64,000 nt of DNA from Acidimicrobiales bacterium (GTDB taxonomy: Bacteria; Actinomycetota; Acidimicrobiia; Acidimicrobiales; RAAP-2), in the NCBI GenBank assembly GCA_051985685.1, contig JBPYFR010000175.1, positions 3,495-67,494 of the forward strand, written 5' to 3'. The number at the start of each line of letters is the position of its first letter. Within the stretch, counting starts at the first letter, position 1. Positions 58,334 through 64,000 of the stretch are shown piece after piece. A model generated the notes under the pieces. It made no database searches and was not told where the DNA came from. It was given only the letters and a program-made list of their open reading frames with translations. The translations under genes and the position numbers were made by a program.

Positions 58334-59635
58334 TCAGCGTCGGACGGCCACCGGGGTGAACGTGCAGTCCATGTGCTTGATCCCGTTGATGAACGGGGAG
58401 AGCAGACGGTCCGGTTCGCTCGACGCCTCGATGTCGGGCAACCGCTCGAAGAGACGCCGGAACATCACCTCGATCTCCTGCCGGGCCAGGTGCGCGCCCA
58501 GGCAGAAGTGCGGCCCCGCCGCGCCGAAGCCGAGGTGCGGGTTGGGGCTGCGGCGCAAGTCGAACCCGAAGGGGTCGTCGAAGACGTCTTCGTCCCGGTT
58601 GGCCGAGCCGTAGAACATGATGACCTTGTCGCCCGGGTGCAGCTCGGTCCCGTCGAGCACGGTGTCGGAGGCGACCGTGCGGCGCATCCAGATCACGGGG
58701 GAGGCCCAGCGCACGATCTCGTCCACCGCGGTGGGGGCGAGTCCCCTCGGGTCGGCCCGCCAGACGTCGCGCTGGTCGGGGTGCTGGGTCATGGCAAGGA
58801 GTCCGTGGCTGATGGCGTTGCGGGTCGTCTCGTTCCCCGCCACCACCAACAGGATGAAGAACGCGGCCACCTCGGTGTCGGCGAGGGCCTCTCCGTCCAC
58901 ATTCGTGTTCACCAGGGCGGAGGTGACGTCCTCGGTCGGGTGCTCCTTCCGGTAGGCGGCCAGGTCGAGCATCAGCATGTTGAGCTGCTGCGCGGCCATC
59001 ATGAGGGCCGGCATCGGGTCCGACCCTTCGGGTATGTACTCGGGGTCCCCGTTGGAGAGGATCACGTTGGACGCGTTGAACACCGTGTCGTAGTCGGCCG
59101 CGGCGATGCCCATCATGTCGCAGATGATCTCAAGCGGGAGGCGCGACGACACCTCGGTCACAAAGTCGCAGCCGCCCCGCGCGGCGACGCGGTCGATCAC
59201 GTCGTTGGCCACGAAGTCGATGCGTTCCTCGATCGACTTGATCATGCGGGGGTTGAACGCGTTGGACACGATCCGTCGCAGCCGCGCATGGCGCGGGTTG
59301 TCCATGTTGATCATGGAGCCGAAGAAGTCGAGCATCTCCTCGGGCAGGTCGATGATGGAGGTGGCGCCCCGGCCAGACTGGTAAATCTCCGGGTGCCGGC
59401 TCGCCTCCGAAATGAGTGCGTGCTTGGTGAGGGCGTAGTAGCCGTTTCCCTTGGGGATGGCGAAGGCCATGGCCTCGGGGATCTCGGGATCGGGAAAGTG
59501 CGGCATGGGGCGTTCGCGCCGGAGCGTCTGGAAGGCCCCCTCCCGCTCCTCCCAGGGCAACGCCCAGAACTCCACGTCCGTGAGGTCGATCTCGTCGACG
59601 GACAGCACCTCTCGCGGCTGCACGAACGTCACCAT
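58334..59635 (-). CDS. Cytochrome P450 monooxygenase
   Basis: Heme loop FGAAGPHFCLGAHLA, I-helix VVAGNETTRNAI, 433 aa. Confidence 0.93.
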   Translation of the reverse strand: MVTFVQPREVLSVDEIDLTDVEFWALPWEEREGAFQTLRRERPMPHFPDPEIPEAMAFAIPKGNGYYALTKHALISEASRHPEIYQSGRGATSIIDLPEEMLDFFGSMINMDNPRHARLRRIVSNAFNPRMIKSIEERIDFVANDVIDRVAARGGCDFVTEVSSRLPLEIICDMMGIAAADYDTVFNASNVILSNGDPEYIPEGSDPMPALMMAAQQLNMLMLDLAAYRKEHPTEDVTSALVNTNVDGEALADTEVAAFFILLVVAGNETTRNAISHGLLAMTQHPDQRDVWRADPRGLAPTAVDEIVRWASPVIWMRRTVASDTVLDGTELHPGDKVIMFYGSANRDEDVFDDPFGFDLRRSPNPHLGFGAAGPHFCLGAHLARQEIEVMFRRLFERLPDIEASSEPDRLLSPFINGIKHMDCTFTPVAVRR

Positions 59636-59841
59636 AGCCAGCTTCCTCTGAGACCGTGCATGAAATGCGGTGCGCGCCCGTCTCGCTGGGCTGGTGCTGG
59701 CGGGCGCGTCGTTCCTTGCGAAGTGCTTCGCGAGGGAGCCGGACGCCGTGCCCGTTCTGGGCGGGATCCCCTAAATCGGGCGGTCATGGCGGTACGCTGC
59801 GCCCGCAGACGCACAGTGCTCCTACTCGCAAGGAGGACGTC

Positions 59842-60441
59842 ATGGCCTTCGTTCTGACCGACGACGACGTCGCTGCCGGCGACTTCGTCAGCGAACAGTT
59901 AGAGAAGATGTGGTGGTGGTACCTGATCGGGGGGATCCTCTCCTTGATCTTCGGCTTCTTCGTGATCAGCTACCGGCACCCCACCCTGTTCGCCCTGATC
60001 TACCTGGCGAGCGGGTTCTTCATCGCGGTCGGCATCTTTCAGATCGTGGGCTCCGTCCGGATGCCGAGGCAGCGTTGGCTGCACTTCATCTTTGGCTTGG
60101 CGTGGATCGGCGCGGGCATCGTGGGGTTCGTCTGGCCCCACATCACGATCTTCATCATCGCGGTGATCATCGGGTGGTCGTTTCTGGTGCTCGGCATCTT
60201 CGACATCATCGAGTCCATCCGGCATCACACCGTGCCCTACTGGTGGCTGTTCCTGATCCGGGGCATCGTCGCCACGGCGATCGGCTTCCTCTGCATCCGG
60301 CATCCGGGCGGAGCGCTCACGACCATCGTCGTCATGCTCGGCATCCTCGCCATCCTCTTCGGGGTGATCGAGATCATCGGCGGCCTCTCGGCCCGCCACG
60401 CCACCAAGGACTGGGAGAGGTACAAGCGGCAGCTCGCCTGA
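59842..60441 (+). CDS. HdeD/DUF308-family membrane protein
   Basis: Part of ORF 59656..60441. ATG 59842 lies 6 nt after AAGGAGG. Repeated GxxxxxxGxxxI helices: WWYLIGGILSLIFGFFVI, GIVATAIGFLCI, ILFGVIEIIGG. Confidence 0.8.
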   Translation: MAFVLTDDDVAAGDFVSEQLEKMWWWYLIGGILSLIFGFFVISYRHPTLFALIYLASGFFIAVGIFQIVGSVRMPRQRWLHFIFGLAWIGAGIVGFVWPHITIFIIAVIIGWSFLVLGIFDIIESIRHHTVPYWWLFLIRGIVATAIGFLCIRHPGGALTTIVVMLGILAILFGVIEIIGGLSARHATKDWERYKRQLA

Positions 60442-60459
60442 GGCCCGCGAGAACAAGCG

Positions 60460-61344
60460 GTGCGCCTGGCCAGCTTCTCGCTCGGTGGTGGGCCGATCCG
60501 TCCCGGCCTCGTCCTCGGTGACGAGATCATCGACCTGAGCGACTCGGCGACCGGACTCCCGCCCACCATGGCCGGGCTGCTGGCACTCGGTCCCGCCGCC
60601 CTGGAAGGAGTCCGCGCAGCACCGGGGGGCGGGGCGGCCCGCCATGCGCTGACGGACGTGCGCCGTCACGCCCCAGTGCCCGACCCGCCCGTCATCCTGG
60701 CCATCGGCATGAACTACCGGGCCCACGTGGCCGAGTTGGGCCGTGAGCCGCCCGAGTGGCAGTACTGGTTCAACAAGCAACGAAGCGCCATCGCCGGCCC
60801 CGGGTATCCCATCGTGCTCCCGGCCGTCTCCGACATGGTCGACTACGAGGGTGAGCTGGCGATGGTGATCGGCCCCCGTTGCCAGCACGTGCCCGCGGCC
60901 CGCGCGTTCGACGTCGTTGCGGGGTTCACCGTGATCAACGACGTCAGCGCCCGCGACTGGCAGTTGCGTTCTCCCACCTTCACGATGGGCAAGTCGTTCG
61001 ACACGCACGCGCCCTGTGGCCCCGAGCTGGTGACGCCTGACGAGATCGGCGATCCCGGCAACCTCACGCTCCGGACGTGGGTCAACGACGAGCTGCGACA
61101 GGACTCGACGACGGCCGACCTCATCTTCGGGTGTGCCGAGATGATCGAGTACCTGACCACTGCGTTCCCGCTCGAGCCCGGCACCGTCATCGCGACCGGG
61201 ACCCCGGCGGGAGTGGGCGCGGGCTTCAACCCGCCCCGGTTCCTGGCCGAGGGTGACACCGTGCGCATCGCCATCGAGGGCATCGGGGAGCTCGTCAACC
61301 CCGTCGTGCAAGGCGGGCCCCCAGAGCCGGTCGGCCTCGATTGA
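60460..61344 (+). CDS. Fumarylacetoacetate hydrolase (FAH) family protein
   Basis: ILAIGMNYRAHVAE, VDYEGELAMVIG, FTVINDVSARDWQ, GKSFDT, IATGTPAGVG. Confidence 0.9.
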   Translation: MRLASFSLGGGPIRPGLVLGDEIIDLSDSATGLPPTMAGLLALGPAALEGVRAAPGGGAARHALTDVRRHAPVPDPPVILAIGMNYRAHVAELGREPPEWQYWFNKQRSAIAGPGYPIVLPAVSDMVDYEGELAMVIGPRCQHVPAARAFDVVAGFTVINDVSARDWQLRSPTFTMGKSFDTHAPCGPELVTPDEIGDPGNLTLRTWVNDELRQDSTTADLIFGCAEMIEYLTTAFPLEPGTVIATGTPAGVGAGFNPPRFLAEGDTVRIAIEGIGELVNPVVQGGPPEPVGLD

Positions 61345-61398
61345 CACCCGGCGGGCGGCGGGGTCACGCCCACGGCCCGGGCACGGCACAATGGAGGG

Positions 61399-61749
61399 GT
61401 GCCCGAGACCCAACCAGAGTTGAGCGAGCCCCAGTTGAGTGAGACCGAGCGGGCCGAGCGTCTGAGCAAGCTCCAGGAGATCATCGACCTGATGCGCCCG
61501 GCCGTCCAGGCCGACGGCGGAGACCTGATCCTGGTCCGGGCCGACGTCGACACCGGCGTCGTCGAGGTCCAGCTCCAGGGGGCCTGCAGCTCCTGTGCCA
61601 TCAGCGAGGCCACCCTGGCCGGGGGCGTGGAGCGGATTCTCCGGGACCGCCTCCCCTGGGTGACCGACGTGGAGGGCGGCCTGGACGACTCGCTCAGCCT
61701 CGACGAGTCCGCCGCGCTCGGTTCGGGAGGGTACGTCCCGAGCTTCTGA
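61399..61749 (+). CDS. NifU C-terminal-domain (Nfu-like) Fe-S cluster carrier protein
   Basis: MRPAVQADGGDLILV...VEVQLQGACSSCAISEATL (CxxC). Confidence 0.85.
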   Translation: MPETQPELSEPQLSETERAERLSKLQEIIDLMRPAVQADGGDLILVRADVDTGVVEVQLQGACSSCAISEATLAGGVERILRDRLPWVTDVEGGLDDSLSLDESAALGSGGYVPSF

Positions 61750-61817
61750 GCGGTCCGAACGGGCTCTCGGCCGGACAAAGGTGCAGACCGTTGCCGACGG
61801 TCTCGGCGTGGCCGGGT

Positions 61818-61845
61818 TTGATTAGTTAGCGTAACTAACTATACT
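61818..61845 (+). promoter_or_regulatory. Predicted leaderless promoter overlapped by a perfect 7-3-7 inverted repeat, a likely MarR operator
   Basis: TTGATT (61818-23), a 16-nt spacer, TATACT (61840-45), and ATG 61852 6 nt downstream. The inverted repeat TTAGTTA-gcg-TAACTAA lies at 61822-61838. Confidence 0.55.
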
Positions 61846-61851
61846 GGTCGC

Positions 61852-62307
61852 ATGAAGGCGACGCCGGCTTCCACAGCCAAGCCGGCAGCGAGCCACGGGG
61901 AAGTCGCGAGTCGCCTGCGCAGCTCGGTCAACCGTCTGCAGCGGCGGCTGCGTCAGGAGTCCCTAGGCGGTCTCTCCCCGGCTCAGGCCTCGGCACTCGG
62001 GTCGGCCCGCCGCTTGGGAGCCCCCACCCTCGGAGAGCTCGCCGCGATCGAGCAGGTGCAGCCACCGAGCATGACCAGGATCGTCGCGAACCTGGCCGAC
62101 GCCGGCATGGTCACCCGGGAGGTCGACCCGTCCGATCGCCGCAGCGTCCGGGTGCGCGTCACGCCGGAGGGGGAACTGGCCCTGGAACGCATGCGCACCG
62201 TGAAGGACGCGTTCCTCGTGCGCCGACTCGGCGAGCTCGGCCCCGACGAACAGCGGCAGGCGGCTGAGCTCGTCGCGCTGCTCGAACACCTCTTGGCGGA
62301 ACAGTGA
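61852..62307 (+). CDS. MarR-family transcriptional regulator
   Basis: LSPAQASALGSARRLGAPTLGELAAIEQVQPPSMTRIVANLADAGMVTREVDPSDRRSVRVRVTPEG (winged HTH). Confidence 0.9.
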   Translation: MKATPASTAKPAASHGEVASRLRSSVNRLQRRLRQESLGGLSPAQASALGSARRLGAPTLGELAAIEQVQPPSMTRIVANLADAGMVTREVDPSDRRSVRVRVTPEGELALERMRTVKDAFLVRRLGELGPDEQRQAAELVALLEHLLAEQ

Positions 62308-63620
62308 GGCGCCGCCTCAGAGAGGCCGGCCGTCGCACGTTCCGCTCCATTTCGGTCCGCAACTACCGCCTCTATTTCACGGGTCAGGTCATCTCGGTGT
62401 CCGGCACCTGGATGCAGACCGTGGCACAGGCCTATCTCATCCTCTTTATCCTGCACGGCACCGGTGTGGACGTCGCGGTCGCGACGAGCCTGCAGTTCCT
62501 GCCGCTCCTCCTGCTCGGACCGTTCGGGGGCTTGGTCGCGGACCGCCACGACAAGCGACGGCTGCTGTATGCCACACAGGGATCGGCCGGCACCCTCGCT
62601 CTCATCCTCGGTGTCCTCGTGCTGACCCACAGCGCGCACCTGTGGGAGGTCTTCCTGCTCGCGACCGGGCTCGGCGTGGTCAACCTCTTCGACAACCCGG
62701 CCCGGCAGACCTTCGTCTTCGAACTGGTGGGAGGGGACCTCCTGCCCAACGCAGTCAGCCTGAACAGCGTTTTGATGAACTCGGCGCGGGTGATCGGGCC
62801 CGCCATCGGCGGGGTTCTCATCCTGACGCTCGGGGTGGGGACGTGCTTCCTGGTGAACGCTGCGTCGTACGCCGCGGTGATCATCGCGTTGTCGATGATG
62901 CGGGTCCACGAGCTGCACCGGCAGCCGGGCGTGGAGCGGGCCAAGGGACAGGTCCGCGAGGGGCTGCGCTACGTCTGGGCAACGGCCGACCTCCGGATCC
63001 CGCTCCTGTCCATGGCCGTGGTGGGGGTGTTCGCGTTCAACTTCACCGTGACGCTCCCACTGCTCGCGAAGTTCACCTTCCATGGCGGCGCGGGGCTGTA
63101 CAGCTCGTTCATGGTCGCAATGGGTTCGGGCGCCGTGGCCGGGGGTCTCGCCGTGGCGTTCCGCAGCAGGCCGTCCACGAGGTTGCTCGCCGGCATCGGC
63201 ATGGTCTTCGGCGCGTCGATCCTGGGCGTCGCCCTTGCTCCGGGCCACGCCGCGGTTTTGGTCATGCTCGTACCGATGGGCGCCGCGTCCATCGCGTTCG
63301 TGGCGACCAACAACGCGACTCTTCAACTGCGTTCGGACCCCGCCATGCGCGGCCGCGTGATGTCGCTCAACGCCATCGCCTTCCTCGGGAGCACGCCGAT
63401 CGGTGCGCCCCTGCTCGGCTACATCAGCGACGTCAGCAATCCCCGCGTCGCGCTGGTCATGGGCGGCGTCGCCACGCTGCTCGCGAGCATCCCGCTCTTG
63501 GTGCTGGGCGTCCGGCAGCGGCCCCGCCGGCGACAGCGCGGCGAGGACGCGACAACGGTGGTGCGGTTGGCGACGGCCGACGCCGCGCTGCCGCCCCAAC
63601 TGCGGCAGCAGACCGGTTAG
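62304..63620 (+). CDS. MFS transporter (12 TM), probably an efflux pump
   Basis: The GTG start overlaps the marR stop (GTGA). FRSISVRNYRLYFTGQVISVSGTWMQ..., and GGLVADRHDKRR is the loop 2-3 motif. Confidence 0.88.
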   Translation: MRRRLREAGRRTFRSISVRNYRLYFTGQVISVSGTWMQTVAQAYLILFILHGTGVDVAVATSLQFLPLLLLGPFGGLVADRHDKRRLLYATQGSAGTLALILGVLVLTHSAHLWEVFLLATGLGVVNLFDNPARQTFVFELVGGDLLPNAVSLNSVLMNSARVIGPAIGGVLILTLGVGTCFLVNAASYAAVIIALSMMRVHELHRQPGVERAKGQVREGLRYVWATADLRIPLLSMAVVGVFAFNFTVTLPLLAKFTFHGGAGLYSSFMVAMGSGAVAGGLAVAFRSRPSTRLLAGIGMVFGASILGVALAPGHAAVLVMLVPMGAASIAFVATNNATLQLRSDPAMRGRVMSLNAIAFLGSTPIGAPLLGYISDVSNPRVALVMGGVATLLASIPLLVLGVRQRPRRRQRGEDATTVVRLATADAALPPQLRQQTG

Positions 63621-63624
63621 TCGG

Positions 63625-64000
63625 TCACGACGGACTCTGGAGCTCCTCCGCGATCGGAGTCAGCGTGGCGCCCAACTCGAGCACCAGCGCGACCAGCAGA
63701 TCGTCGACCGAGATGATCCCGGCCAGGTCACCGTCCTCCAGCACCGGCAGTCGACGCACACGGGCCTCCTGGAACGCCTTGAACGCATCGAAGATGTCGC
63801 GCGACCCCTGAATCGTCACGGGGTTCGCCGTCATGACCGCGGCGACGTGGTCGCTCGCCTTCCGTCCGGCACCCATGCCCCGTACTGAGAGATCCCGGTC
63901 GGTCACGATCCCGGTCAGGTCGTCTCCCGACACGACGAGCAGCGACCCGATCCCATGGTCGCCCATGAGCCGCGCGGCCTCTTCGAGTGTGCACTCGGGC
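63625..64000 (-). CDS. CBS-domain protein, C-terminal part; the 5' end lies beyond the right window edge
   Basis: ORF 63625..63966 continues open to nt 64000 (PECTLEEAARLMGDHGIGSLLVV...GIVTDRDL...RRLPVLEDGDLAGIISVDDLL), giving a tandem CBS pair. Confidence 0.8.
   Translation of the reverse strand, partial: PECTLEEAARLMGDHGIGSLLVVSGDDLTGIVTDRDLSVRGMGAGRKASDHVAAVMTANPVTIQGSRDIFDAFKAFQEARVRRLPVLEDGDLAGIISVDDLLVALVLELGATLTPIAEELQSPS

Overview
High-GC, Actinomycetota-like chromosomal segment: GTG/TTG starts are frequent, 4-nt GTGA start/stop overlaps are common, and two promoters look leaderless. I saw no rRNA, CRISPR array, transposase or integrase.

Nt 1-45.9 kb form one very large cell-envelope glycan locus that runs off the left edge. 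I count 33 genes:
- a Wzm/Wzt ABC exporter, with a Wzt C-terminal glycan-cap-binding-type domain
- a WecA/TagO-type initiating phosphotransferase
- GT4, WbsX-type, GT8-like and seven GT2-type transferases, including a tandem triplication of one GT2 gene
- a DegT aminotransferase plus a GNAT, and an AsnB-like amidotransferase
- a sulfotransferase with a roughly 100-aa coiled-coil tail
- two O-acyltransferases and four to five methyltransferase(-like) domains
- a 2OG-Fe(II) oxygenase and a membrane desaturase
- an unusual set of extracytoplasmic transferases: four YfhO-type GT-C paralogues with one GtrB-like and one GtrA-like partner, and a pair of unclassified 730-aa polytopic paralogues
- a DedA-family protein at the distal end

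A tRNA-Arg(CCT) at about 45.97 kb separates this locus from an ordinary metabolic and stress region: acyl-CoA ligase, crotonase, PTER, P450, FAH, NifU-like, MarR-MFS, and AhpD-like CMD proteins.

That region also holds a tightly coupled five-gene module: a membrane-anchored Ser/Gly/Thr-rich protein, ApbE, a bis-heme ferric-reductase-type membrane protein, a NuoF-like NADH/FMN/Fe-S protein and a ferredoxin. I read it as a split, NOX-like transmembrane electron conduit linked to extracytoplasmic flavinylation.

The best candidates for undescribed biology are:
1. the multi-YfhO / unclassified-GT-C glycan decoration system
2. the coiled-coil sulfotransferase as a possible chain terminator for the Wzt pathway
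3. the ApbE-FRD-NuoF-Fdx module

All family calls come from reading motifs in the translated ORFs. No database search was run.
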